A stretch of DNA of 64,000 nucleotides from Adineta vaga (Eukaryota > Animalia > Rotifera). Shown piece by piece: positions 1-14,049 of the stretch. The stretch covers positions 11,966,001 to 12,030,000 of the forward strand of contig CP075492.1 of the NCBI GenBank assembly GCA_021613535.1, read 5' to 3'. Each line of letters begins with the position of its first letter. Positions within the stretch are counted from its first letter, which is position 1. A model generated the notes under the pieces. That model saw only the letters and a program-made list of their open reading frames with translations. It ran no database searches and was not told the origin of the DNA. The translations under genes were made by a program, and so were the position numbers.

Positions 1-44
1 TTGTTCGGAAATAAAAAAAGAAACAATTCTTTTGATTCTATTTA

Positions 45-3000
45 GTTATTTTATATTTTAACGGAAGAATTTCGTTTGAAAAAAGTAGAAAATCGAAGTG
101 AATTAATTCGATGGATATTTGAACTTCATTCAACATTTACAATGTATAGTAGTGTAAGGGAAACATTCATCGATTTATTTCTATTCGATTCAAAGTTTTT
201 CTTCTTTCATATAGCCTCTATACATTGGCCTTCCTCCTTCACAAACGGATGCTATAAGTCGCTGGTTAGATATTCATCAACACGATGCAAATGAAGATAT
301 GAAATTAATCTTTAATGATGCTAAAGATTATGCAAAATCTGTTATAACTGATCGACAAATACCAGAGTTTAATCAAAAACGAACTTTAACTATCAATAAT
401 GATTTCATATTAAAACAAAATCATTTTATTGAAGAAAGTTTACGAGCAATATTTGAATATCATTATAAATCGATCTCAGCAGATGATTGGAATAGTCCGA
501 AGAATAATCGAAGTTTAGCATTATTATGTTCATTAGCAACATATTTCAAACGTTGTGATATAAAGAAATGTGGAAACATTCCATTAGAAAAAATTCCGAA
601 ATTTCTCGATAGAGAACCAAAACGTCTTCTAGCAAAATTACAACGAGCAACACCAATAAAAAAGGTAATGAATCGACAAGAAAAATTCTTAATTCATCGA
701 TTTGCATCTTTAGATCAAAGAACATCAATTTAATGAACATCAATTTACCAGTGAAATTCTATGTCAATTTTGTTATAAACCATTATGGGGAATCAATTGT
801 CAAGGATATCTCTGTGGATGTAAGGAAAATGTGAATAAAAATTTCAGATTTAGAATGTTTTTTTTTTGTGTTTTAGATTGTCAACAAGCTTATCATCGTG
901 AATGTGCATTGAACAGTGAAAAATGTTCGAAAGATCGTACGAAATTTCGTAAAGTATCAAGTAATCGAAATGCTTCAAGTAAGTAAATGATTTCCTTTAC
1001 CAGTTTGTTATTATTGGATTCCTTCTGGGTTCGAGAACTATGAGCGTATAATGTTTATTTTACATAGTTCATAGTTGCGTATTCCTTTTTTTCCAAATTT
1101 CTAATCTTAAGAAATGAATCTTTTTCACATTATCTTCGCTCGCAGGATCAGTTTCAGTAGACAATGTAACACATTGTTACTTCGTTTTTCCTGCTACATC
1201 CTCACAACAACTCGTTTTTGGACGACGTTCAGTTGGTGGAAGTAGTACACTGTTCAATGGTATAATGATGAATTCTACTGGTATTTTATCTGTTGTATAA
1301 ATAGCATTTCTTGTTGCCTTTCGTTCACTTATTGTATATCTGTCTGAAGTAAAAATTGATAAATATTTTCTGATATCGATTTCATTTTTCTTCTAGGTCC
1401 AACACGAACTGAAAGTATGATCGAAGGACGGGAAGGTAGTGTCGGTAAGTGACCAAAAATTGTTTGGATTTGTAAAAAAATGATTCTAATTATAGCAAAT
1501 GATGTTAATGAAAATATGCCGGGTTCAACTGAAGGAATTGGTAAGACGAATGAAGATAGTATAAAACAAAATATTATCATTTGATTGATTTTAGATCCGG
1601 ATGGAAATGGATCGGCTAATGAACAGAATAAATATCCAACGTACATCATTTTCTGTTCAATCTCTTATTACGAAAGTTAGATAATATTTTTCTCTTTAAA
1701 TAGAGTGGGACGATGTTCAAGTGATCGTCGAGCAGCGCCAGATCGACCATCTGCAACAAAGAATCGTTCGAGCAGGTAAATATTTCATTATCTATCTTCA
1801 AACTATTTCGTCAATTGGAGTCGAATATCTTTCAGTGAAAGCGACGATAGTAATGATGAGGGGTATCGAATTTTGTTTGAATAATATTATTATAGTTATG
1901 ATTTTCATCCCATCTTTTACCTTTAATGCGCATGATAGCTATTAAGAGCAAAACAGAGATGAGAAAGATAAATTCAACTAATAAAACTTGTCATATCAAT
2001 ATTTATATTTTGTTTTTATCTTCTTTAATGCATGAGTGTATGAGAATATATCGTTCATAAACAGCCTACTGATGCTTTCTTCTTTTCTTCAACGATTCGC
2101 TTAATTTTCTCAACTTAACTAAAGATTTCAATTGAATTTTGATCTCGTTTTTAGTAATCCACAAATGGGTGGAAATACAATCGATGAATTACTCAATCAT
2201 CAACCAGAAAATGATCTAAATAATCAACAAGATTCAACAAATCAGCAGTCAGTTATTTTTGAAAAGAAATTCTATTAGAATATCACTCGATTTTCTTTTC
2301 TAGTACAACTTCATCAGAATTATTAGCTCAACAAACAGCTAATGATGATAGTGATCTTGATGCTGATGTAAATGCATTACCAAATTTGAGTGAATTCATT
2401 AAACCAGACGTTCTTCAAATTCTTTATCAAACACGTGAATGGAAATTTCAAACAACAATCAACGAACTTATTCATACTGAACGTACACATTTAAAAAGTT
2501 TAAAAATCATGAAGAAATGTTTTTGGGAACCTATGGAATGTTTTCCTGGTATGAGTCCAGTTGAACTTGATTGTATATTTCGTAATCTTGATCAATTAAT
2601 TCATTTACACAGTAAGAATTCAACTATTTTTTTCACGTTCAAAATAATTTCTATTACAATTTAGCACAATTTAAATATGCACTTCGTCAACATCGTGAAG
2701 AAGCAAAAGATCATGTTGTTCGAAATATTGGTGATGTAATTCTTAAATTTGTAAGAAATCATTTCCCAATTGTATCTATACAAAAAATTTCTCGTCCTAT
2801 TTTATTCAGCTCGACGGTGCGAATGGTGAAGAATTTGCACATGCATGTGCATATTTTATTGAAGATCAATCACAAGCAATCAAATTACTTAAGAAAAAAG
2901 AGCAGTCACCAGATTTTGCTGTACTTATGCGAGTAAAATGAAAATTCTATTTCTTGATATTGATCTTCATCTGATTTTTTTGTTCTCTTGTAAAGATGTG

Positions 3001-5300
3001 TGAATCAAATCGTTTATGTCGTCGTTTAACATTGAAAGATTATCTACCATCCATAATGACACGTTTTACAAAATATAAAATGTTATTTGAAGCAATGAAA
3101 AAATTCGTCGCCGAAGATCCAATTGAATCAGAAAAATTAACGAGATGTATTGAATGTTCAGATTATATTTTAAAACGTATGAATCAAGCACGATTTAAGA
3201 AAGAACAAGAAGGATTATTAAGACAAATTAAATCAAATCTTGATATACAAATACCAAATGATCCGAAATTACAAAATCTTCAAGTAAGAAATGATGAAAT
3301 TTGTTTCTTCATTTATGTTTTAATGTTTATTTGTAGGATTGTTTGGAAGTTACTAATGATCGTTTGATCTATTCTGGTACATTGAAGTTATTACCAGATT
3401 TAACAACACAAAAAACTGAATTTGAATGTTGTTTATTTACGGATATCTTTGTTTTCTTTCAAAAAATACCGATTCAACCATCGGAACAACGTGGTATTGA
3501 AGAATCCTATAAATATGTTTTAAAAGAACATCAACGAGATGCCAATAGTGGACGAACACAACGATCACGTCCATCGGGAAGTACAACGAAATTCACAGCA
3601 GCACAGAGTTTTATTTTATCACCAATTATTCGACTTGAACATTTATTAATAAAAAAGAAAGCATGTGGAGGTAGAAGAAAATCTTATTTCTACACATTAA
3701 TTCATTGAAATATGTGCTATTTTGAATTTTAGGTGTACGCTCTTTCTATGTTATTGATACAGATAAAAAACAATTGATTGAAGTCGAAGCTAATTCAAAA
3801 GATGATCTTGAAAAGTATTGAATCTTTGCTTCTTTTCTATCTTATCGTTTTTGTTATTTAGATGGTTAGAATGGATTGAAAAAGCTCGAAAATCTTTGGA
3901 TAAACCGAAAACATTTTCAACATCTTTCGATGATAAAACTTTACATTCATCTTCATCAACATCAACCATTCGGTAATTTACTCACTATTCATTCCTCCTT
4001 TCATTGTTTTCTTCTCCTCTAGATCAACAATTATTGAAGAAGATGCAACCAGTCAATTAATAGAATCCAACGAAAAAGATCTATTACAATCAATAACAGA
4101 TTCAATCTTACCTATCGATAAAGAATTAAAACGTTTATTATATGAAAAACAAATGCTTCTATCACGTCTTCTTAGCATTCCTCAAGATGCGACAATCTCT
4201 CCTACATATTCATTAAAACCAAATTCTTCATTAGAAGCAATTACATATGCAAATAGTTATTGTAAGAATCTGCCAGTGTAATGATGAACGAGAAACAAAA
4301 GAAATAAGATTTGTTTTTCATTTAGACAATCAATTATTGCAAACAATTACGCAACCACAAAATGAAACAACTGGAACTGTTGATATTCATTCAATTTCTA
4401 CATTGTTAATACAATTAGGCGAACAACTTTCTTTAGCTTTAGTATGTTCTCTTAAAAATTATTCTTCAATTTCAATAATGAATTTTTTTCTCTAGAAATT
4501 ATTTAATCAAAGTTTTAAACATACAGATAATGAAAATCTTTTACAACGTCGAAACAGTACTTCATTTACAGTGACTCCATCAAGTATATTATTATGATAG
4601 AAAAAAATCGAATTATATTTCATGACTCATTTCTTTATACTTGTCTTTTAGTAAATGGTGGCGAATCTCAAACATATTCGGATTTACCAATGTCTTCTCT
4701 TCATTCATCTCAATCACTTGGTTCTGTCATAAATCCATTTCAACAACAATCTTCGATAACCGATTTAGATGAGGCAGTTAAAACGACGCCATTGAAACAA
4801 TTACATGTTGCAAGAGATATAGTTGAACGATACGATGAAGGTGTTTATGATGATGGTGCTGGAAGTCAAACAGAAGAAGAGGAAAATAATAGTGTAGTTA
4901 TTGCTGATAGTGATGATGAAGATGATGTGGAACATTTTGATGCAACTGATATCGATCAACAACAAACAGTGAATGAAAATCATCTAGCAGATATTCAAAA
5001 AAATCATACTAGTGATAAAAATTCAAGTAATACATCCATAAACGATCCAACTCGTCAGTCATGTCGATTTTGAGAGAGGAGTTTTTTTCGAAATCAATTT
5101 CAGTACATTCTTGCTAATAAATACAAAAGAATCTATTGAGATCTTAGTAACTAAATCGATTAAATTTAACTCTTCTTCTTCTTCTTCTCTAATTAATATT
5201 AACACATATTTTCTTATCTTTCTCTTCAGACGTATTCGATGAACAAATATCTGACAATCTAAAAACCAATGATAATGTTACTAATGCAAACGAAGCATGA
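45..5300 (+). CDS. RGS-like/C1/DH/PH Rho guanine nucleotide exchange factor (RhoGEF2/ARHGEF11/12-like); multi-exon, 5' end outside the window
   Basis: Spliced exons give RH-like RWIFELHSTF..PLYI, a C1 domain HQFNEHQFTSEILCQFCYKPLWGINCQGYLCGYCQQAYHREC, a DH domain (INELIHTERTHLKSLKIM; CRRLTLKDYLPSIMTRFTKYKMLF) and a PH domain (LIYSGTL..LFTDIFVF..SPIIRL). The last exon is probably 5230-5300, ending in TGA. Confidence 0.85.
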
Positions 5301-5906
5301 ATGTTTTCAAAGAATGATCTTTTTTATTTCTGCGATTTTGGTGCTTTTTTTCCTTTTTTCAAATATTACCAAAAAAAGAACTTATTTGCACAATGTTCAA
5401 ACATATGCTTGTTTTTTTTTAATACGCTTTTTCTTTCTCTCTATCTCTCTCTCGTTCTCTACATACATACTTTTCGTTCTTTCTGATTATATAAAAGATA
5501 TTAAATTTCTTTCATATTTACCAAGCTTCAATCCAGATTACAAAGAAAAGATGTTAAAGCAACATTTTCACAAATGTATAGTCCTTTTTCTTTTCTTCTC
5601 CTCGCAACGAATTTCTTTTTGTCTTTTTTTCCTATGCGAATCAGTGCATACTCGTCATCTTTCTTTTTCAATGTCCTTTTCTGTTGAGCGAAATATTAAT
5701 ATATACATATATATATTTGTTATTGATAATTTTATAAATAAATAAATTTTAATATCTAAGAAATTCACAAACATCGATTGCAATCAACAGGATAGTTTTG
5801 GTTTTTTGCTATATTTTAATTAATTTATTATTCAGTAATCATTTTCAAAATTTCGCTCGTATCGATACACAAAAATGTTTCGGAAAAGAAATTTAGATAG
5901 TCATTT

Positions 5907-8900
5907 TTATTGAACCAATGGTTTTTGTCGATTACCATTTATAGTTATCGGTGGTAGTAATGGTTGGTCTTGTCTATAACTATTCGTATTTGTTCTCAAT
6001 CCTTGCATTGCTGGTGCATTGTAAATATGCTAAGAAGAAACAATATGATTAATTGAGAATGAAAATGAATGAATGAACTTACACGTCGATTTGTATTTAT
6101 TTGTGCCTGTCGAAATGGCATACTGTCAAGATCGGCAAGTAAGATTTCTTTTTGCATTCGCTGAAATCGTTCAGCAGCATCATCATAAACTTGATATTCA
6201 TTATTTGATTTAATTGATGATGTAATATCATCCACTCCAGTTGTATTGGTATTTCCGTTTAAATAACATTCATTAAACCAAATATCAAATTCTAGAAAAG
6301 ATTCAATCGTATAGGAAAATAACAAACATAAATTAAACCTTGAAGAAGTCGATTTTGACATTGATTGAGTAGATTTTGACAATAACTAATTTCCGATTGA
6401 AGATTTTTCCATTGTTCATAATCAGTTCGATATGTACCTTTTAATTCTTGTAATTTTGCAATTAATTCAAATTCTTCTTCATCAATAATCGTTTCACCAC
6501 TTTCATTCGAAAATTCGCCTAGAAGGACAAGTTATTAAATACTTTCTTCACAAGTTTTGCTTACCCATAGACATTCGTTCATTCTTTTTACGATCTGTTT
6601 CATCACGTGTTTTGTCAATATCATTTTTTGTTTGATTAATTCGACGAGCTAATTCAGCATATTGCTTTTTCTTTGATGCTAAGATTTCTTTATTTTCTAC
6701 ACAGATTTTATTCAAATTTAAACCACGAGTTTGTTTAAAATCTTCAAATGCTATGGTTCGATTGGGTGGAGTACTGAATTACATATTTCAAATGATTTTT
6801 CACAAGAATATTCATCTGATTATTACCTGGGTCGTTGATCTTTTGTTTCGGGTAAATCACTCGGTTCTTTGGGACGGAAAAGTTGTTGTTGTTGTTGTTC
6901 TTCTTCTTCAGCACTAAGATTTCGTGATGCTATTGCACCAGGTAATTTCAATGGGACTGGTGAAGATTTATCTTTGATACTGAATAGAAAGTGTGATTGA
7001 TTTATAAGATTTCTTTTTTGAAAATACATACTTCGTTTGTTTCGCTGCTTGTCGTTTGTTACGTGTCATTTTAAGTAAACCTTCTTTATTGACTCGTTGT
7101 TCTTTCGGAACTGTGCCCAATGCAAAATTTTGTCCATCAAGTTCTCCAGCAGTACCAACTACACTACTTGTACTTTGACTGGTTGTTGATAACTAAATAT
7201 TAATCAAGATAATTTAGTATTTGAAGATAAAATATTTCGTACAAATAAAGCAGAAAATTATCATTATCAGAGATGATAGTTATTATAAAAGAAATAATCT
7301 TAAGCTTTTGATTAAAATAGAGCTTGATTTCGTATATATATATATATGTATAGATTCGATTTGATATCATTGAAAGCATACGATTACTTACAGTTCTTGG
7401 AAGTTCTTCAACCTGTAATGAAATTTCCTAGGAATTTGATTAGTTTTTTTTAGTTAGAAGGAAGGTGTTATTTAGAATTCAAAATACAAATAATAATATG
7501 AAATGAAACATACCTTTTGACTATCTTGATGATCATAATCATGTTTATCAGTCAGAACATATCGATCACGATATTTCTTTTCCACATCTTTTTCCGTATT
7601 TCTAAATATTAATATTAATAAGTAATACATTCATTAGGAATCTTTCATACCGACAAATATTTTTGAATGAATTGAAGGCAGCTAGAAGTACAAGTAAAAC
7701 ATTTCGGTCATATTCAAATAGTTTGAACTTAATAACATCGAACTAGATATGAATATTTAATTGACGAAGAATGAGTTATCAAAAATATTTTCATCGGCTG
7801 AGTTTACAGGATAAAAATAACTTTTATGATTTTATTCTGATAGTCGAATATTCTCGGCAAAAACGATCTTTCATTTTCTTTGTTTAAGTGAACAAGAAAA
7901 CACTTCAGTAATAGATAAATTAAAAGAGAAAACTAGAAAATATTCTTTTTTTGAAACAAACCTTGTACTTGACGAATATTTTTAACTTGAATTTCATCTA
8001 AATTTCCTTCGACATATCGTCGACATTGGTTTTCAACTTCATGTAATTGTTGATCAGTCAATGGTTCATAGGAAACTCCTTGTCGATTAGCTAATTTATC
8101 ATGTATTGCTAATTCTTCTTTTAAATGACGATTTTCTCGTTTATAATTTTCAATTGCTTTAACAGGATCAATTACTTCATTAACCGTTGGCTCAGCAGGT
8201 ACACACATCATTCGACTAGCAAAACGAAGTGTTGAAATCTATTTCATTCAATAAACGAAAAGAATAAAAATTCAATTCTCTTTTCATGTCTTTTGTTCAA
8301 TTACTGTTTCTTCAAGATGTTGAGTTTCTGGCCAAATATTTGCGATCATAACAGTAAGACATCGTCCGCCAATACTATCCTTCAATGCATGAGTTAATTT
8401 CGAACTTCGAAAATGTGAATAATTCGTTTTCTTTTCCGATAAATTGAGAACAACTTGTTCAAGAAATGATAATGATTTATTGATGAATGTTGCTTCTCGT
8501 TTCGTTACACCTTCAGACTAAAGAGAGAAAATGAAAATTCAATTCTTTACGAGAGAAAGAAAAATAAATAAATCGATTTTACATTTGTTTTTGCTAATCG
8601 TTCACTACCAGCTAAATCAACAAGATTTAATTTTGATGTTGTATATTTTTCATCTGATGATAACATTGATCGACATTCAATAAGAATAGTAAAAATACAA
8701 TGTGAACGAGAAGATTGTTTATTTAAAACATGTTGACCAACGGCTCGATTTGTTTCACCTTCAAATAATAAATTCAATGCTTCTTCTTCACAATTTGCAA
8801 TTCGATAAGATAATCCTTTGACATAAACAAAACCTGAATCTTCACCAATAGATAATTGTTGTTGATGTTGTTGATATTCAGTTGGAGAATCAAGTGAACG

Positions 8901-9530
8901 AAGTAAATCACACATTTGATCATTATAGATTTCCAAATATGCAATTCTATATATGAAGAACAAATATAATAAATTCTATAGATTAAACTTTCTTACCGAA
9001 TTGTATAGGAAAATTCTTGTCGTGCATTGATTTGTTGATAGAGATGTTGTAATGTACGAGGAATGATTCCACGATTTGGATAACTCTCAGTAAAACCAGT
9101 CATTGTATGAGTTTTACCAGCTCCTGTTTGACCGTAACATAGAACTGTTCCTATAAACACATTAGAAATCAAAATTGATTTGAATTCTTCAAAGAAGAAA
9201 ATCGAAACAAACCATTGTAGCCATCGATTGTTCGATCGATGACATCCTTAGCAACATAGTTAAATATTTCTTCTTGACTAACATTATGAAATACACCATC
9301 GATATGAAATGCCCAATCATTTATTTTATTATCGACAACATTATTTGAGGCAACACGATGAATACTAATGGTCTATTGAAATACGAAGTTTTCAACAAAA
9401 AAAAAAACTTATAGGAAAGATTTCTACTAACTCGATTATCTCGTCCGATAGAGAGAGCATCCGAAGCAAAATTATTCGTTGGACGAGTTCGAACAAAAAC
9501 TTTGACTTGATTTAAAGATCGCTGTGGCAT
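5907..9530 (-). CDS. KIF9: Kinesin-9 family motor protein, KIF9-like (multi-exon)
   Basis: VKVFVRTRPTNNFA, YGQTGAGKT P-loop, SSRSHCIF, LVDLAGSER, EEEALNLLFEGETNR, LKEELAIHD and a coiled-coil tail. Stop TAA at 5907-5909. Confidence 0.85.
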
Positions 9531-9991
9531 ATTGAAACGTTTTCAAAAGAATCTATAAACACACAAATCGAATTAAATTATGAAATGCAGAATCGAATCC
9601 TACTTGTTTGAAGAATATCGATAGATTTGTATCAGTTAGAAAAGTTTATCAATAATAAATAAATACGAGGGAAGAACATCTTTATCTAAAATTAAAATCC
9701 TCATTTACTATTCATAAGATATTATTTTTATCTTTTTATGATGTTATAAATGATCAATTCAGATAATGATCTGTTCAAACATATATGAATATTTATCGTC
9801 GCTTTTTACTACATGATTAATATTTATTAGTTACATTATTTGATGTGAAACTATAGAAACTCCTTGATGATTACATGTTCAAATAGAAAGATGTCGCTCG
9901 AAAAAAATGAATGACTTGTATATTCGGTTGAAATCTTCTTATAGATATGTTTTTATTTTTAAAACTGAAAAAAGAAAATGGTTAGTTATTA

Positions 9992-12327
9992 TCACGTAGG
10001 ACATAAGTTTGTATGTGTTTTCATTCGAGGTTGAATTAAAAGTGGACAAGTTTCATGTCCATTAGCAATTTGTTTTATTTTCCACATGAGATCATATTGA
10101 ATTTCATCAGTTACTATTGAATCTTGTTTATAACTAGGATGAGATGTCACAAAATGTCGAATCCATGAAGCATTTGTTAATAGAATACCTATCGGAAGAA
10201 AATGTATTTATAAATGAATATTAACAAAGAAATATCATATACCAGCAGCTCGTTTAGAAATCAATGAAAGATATTGTTCAATGGTAAATCTAGTATCACT
10301 ATTGATATCTTCCATTTCATTTAAATATTTTTGAACAAGTGGCACTAAACCAGGAAAATCGTTTATACCATTGATAATTTCATTGATAGATAGGGGAATT
10401 ATCTTTTCAGCAATACGAAAATGAAATTTTTCTTTTCGAACAGAATCACGATGATGAGCTCGTGCTATATTTTCATTAACTTGGGAGATCGGAATTGTTA
10501 AATCTAATTTATAAGTAAGAATAACACGAGTTACTAGAGCCATGAAAACAGCAAATGAAGCATTTTCAAAATCGGTTATTTGAATCTGTAGAAAATTGAA
10601 AGAAAATCAAAATTATCCATGAAAATATCAAATATACGAACGTCCATCGGTCTAAATTCTACTCTCCAACCCATTTTGTCATCGTCTAATGGCGGTGGTT
10701 TGAATCGAAGAGAATGCCAAACTGTTGAATTGAGATTCTACATTTCAATAATAAAAATATTGTTTAGATATAACTCATACAAAATAAAATAGACTTCAAA
10801 ATGATAGGATGTTGTATCATCTATTGGATGCAGATTTTCTTTAATAATAACCAATGGATCACGAATAAATAAATGACCTAAATGATGAGCTAATGTCGAT
10901 GATATTCCTATATTTTATGGAAAGAAAAAACAAAATTCAAAGTTTCATTTTTCATTTTACAAAGAGAAACGATTCACCATGTTTGACAAGTGTCGATACA
11001 ACTTCTTCGTTTACATCAAGTTTAACATCATTGAGGTGATTATGTTCATCACATAAATAGAACGGTGTTGGAGCACAACGAGAATTCAATGTAATTCGTT
11101 GTCGTTCCTCCGGTGTTCGATCATCACCTGCTTGAAATACAGATTCATAACGTGAATCGATTTCTGTTAAATAACCACGCCAAATTGGACAAGCATTACT
11201 CAACGCTAACTAAAATTACTATAATGAATAATAATATGAAATAATTAAGACTAACCATGATTGCTGTTAATGGTAGTAATTGATCGTATACATGAAGACA
11301 TTCATCTAACGATTGTGCTTTAAATGTTACTTGAAGACAACAACAACCCCAACCAGCTAGACATCCATCCAAATAGATGTGATCATCTTGAATATCAATC
11401 TTTTCTTTCCATGCAAGATCTTGAAATGGTTTTGCAGTTGCAGTATCTCGAAAAACTATGAAGAAAACGAGAATGATAAAGAAGTCATTTTGTAGATATA
11501 TTTACTTGGAACAGCAACGGGTGATGGCAATTGACGTCGTTCAGTTATATTTTCTAATACTGATCTATCATAGAAAGATTAGGAATAAATATATTATTAT
11601 ATTGAAATTTACTTCATTCGAGGATGAGCTGGTGAAATAAGTACATCTGGATAATATAAGGATCGTTCAGAATCATTTCGTTCATCAGATGGATAAATGA
11701 ATTGTCCATGACCATATCTAGAAATCATATTATTAAAACTTGAGAATAAAGTAAACAAATTTATACCGTGGAAATGTTGCTAGATTTAAAATAAATTCAC
11801 AATCAGATCTTTCTGATAAGAATTTCTGTGCTTGATTTCTTCGTAATGTCATATTTGCTTCGACCGTATTTAAATATGATGAAAGATAACCATACGGTTC
11901 TGATGGTACACCTTCTATCATATAATTACACGCTTCTGGATGCCAAGCAATACGATGAGCACTAAAATCTGATTCTATGAAAATCATTTATGTGCAAAAC
12001 ATAATAAATTACCCATCTAAATTTGCTTCGTTTATTTTTCTAAGATATGGTAATATTTTATCACCTGTCAATAATAGTTGTACACGTTTGTTCGAATGAT
12101 CAAAACGTACCATAGAGAATTCCAACTTAAAGAATAACAAAATAAATAGATAAATACAAGTTTAGAATCTAATTTACCTCATCACCCCATTCAAAACAAT
12201 GTCCTTGTTGATTTTGATATTTTTCAAAAACTCGTATTAACTGAGATAAAGCATACGATCGATAGGCATCACGAACTTTGACGATTTCATTCCAACTCAT
12301 TACTGTGCCTTCTGCTAGTACACCCAT
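9992..12327 (-). CDS. GCLC: Glutamate-cysteine ligase catalytic subunit homolog, divergent (multi-exon)
   Basis: MGVLAEGTVMSW, FEWGDELE, WHPEACNYMIEG, CCLQVTF, LFIRDPL, HFEN..LRFKPPP, GWRVEFRPM, QITDFENA, HPSYKQDS. Confidence 0.9.
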
Positions 12328-14049
12328 GTTTAATGTTACAATAGAATGTCGAATGAATACGATATTTACTGCTTAGCTTCTTATTTCTTTTCGATTCGTT
12401 CTCTATTTTTATCTATCAAAGAAATATATATCATACAAAATAGAAAGAAATAAAACAATAACATTTCATCGAAAGATACACATGTTCTAGATTTTTACTC
12501 TTTAAACTTATTGAATATATGAATTCGTCATACAAAATGATTCTTTATCGCATTTGTCTTCTATGCCAAGATTACTTCATAACCTTTATCATGACAAACT
12601 CTTATGAATAAAAAATAATTTATCTAACAGAAAATCAGGTCTGATACATTTAACTCTTTCTATAGTAAGATTTCTATCTACACATTATTGTTCATATTTA
12701 CTTAGTCTATAATTTCTAGAATAGAAATCCTCTCGTCTATTTGAGATTCAAACAATATTTGAATATTGCATCTTTCAGTTTGTATCGATCGAAATGTGAA
12801 CCGTGAAATTTAAAATAATGGTGTAATGGATATAGTTCGATGATTTTATCGGAGTCTACATGAAAAGCATATACTAAAATAATAAAAAAAAACCTTCTGT
12901 GCTTTACTTTGTTGCATACTTCTAAACATTAGAAAACAGTTATTTAAACATGTTGAGATGCACAGGAGTCTCTAAGGATTCGATTGGATTGAATTAATAA
13001 AATACCTCCCATCGAGCTTATGAAACATGATCAATATCGATTAAATCGCAATTGATTTTACATTAATCTTGTTTAGCTATCGAATCGAGCATAAATACTA
13101 TCGTTATCCATTATCGAACTGGTAATATTTATATAGTTAATTATCCATGAGATATTATCCAGTCTAACTACTTAAGAAATACATCAACATAATCGTTCGT
13201 CTTTCGGAATTCAAATATCTTTGCATTATAATTATGGCATATTTGAATATTTAGTATCGCAGCGATTTTTCAAAAGTAGATTTAATTGTACTGAAAATTG
13301 AATAGTTGTACAGCTAGATCAATCAGTTCTCTTGACCTCTATGCATGTTTCGATCTTATCTAATCTTTATTAATAATATTATTAAATGTCAATGTTCTCT
13401 AGTCTTTAAAAGTATATTTCAAAGAAAAGTTGTCGTTATTATTCACCTGAATGATTTTCATACGCGTTTTAAAATTCAAAATCAACGTATCGATGTTTTT
13501 TCTTTTCGTTTGTCATTATTGACACTATTCACTAATTTGCTTGATTTCGTTTTTCATACCATTACCTCAATGCATATAACCTACATATATTCATCCATTT
13601 TATGTTTTTTTTTCTTCGTCGTCGTATGCATTGAAGTAATAAATATCAACGATCGGAGTATTTACGAAAAAAACATCTGTTCTGTTTTTGGCCACATCTC
13701 TTCATCGATTTGCCTAAAAGGAGAGAGAAAAAAACCCTTTTTACATCCCTCCCCCTCCCTCCGCCTCTGATTTCTTTTCTTCCTGCTTATGTATTCACTT
13801 GTGTGCTTGGAGTATGCAATACATCAAGCTTGCAATGTCGATGTAGAAGAGAGAAGAAAAAAAAGAGGAATAGAGAACTGCTCGCTTTTTTTCTCTCGTT
13901 GTCGTCTCTTTTACCCATTACGCGTGCACGCACTTTCGAAGTATAAAAAAATCCTTGACAACAACCTCGTATTGACTATACTGCCGTAACTTTCTTTTCA
14001 AGGCTTAATTGTATGGTTTTTCTTTCTAGATTTTATTCAAGCAAAAGTT

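Noticed and set aside
716-750. Apparent duplication gaacatcaattta followed by a stop at 733, suggesting a RhoGEF frameshift
   Set aside because: An intron at about 666-714 restores the frame (IKEHQFNEHQF), which is the normal start of the C1 domain.
5269-5745. 158-aa Phe/Leu-rich ORF, and similar ORFs at 13345, 34540, 35304 and 49356-51129
   Set aside because: These are translations of T-rich UTR or intergenic DNA with no motifs or splice structure.
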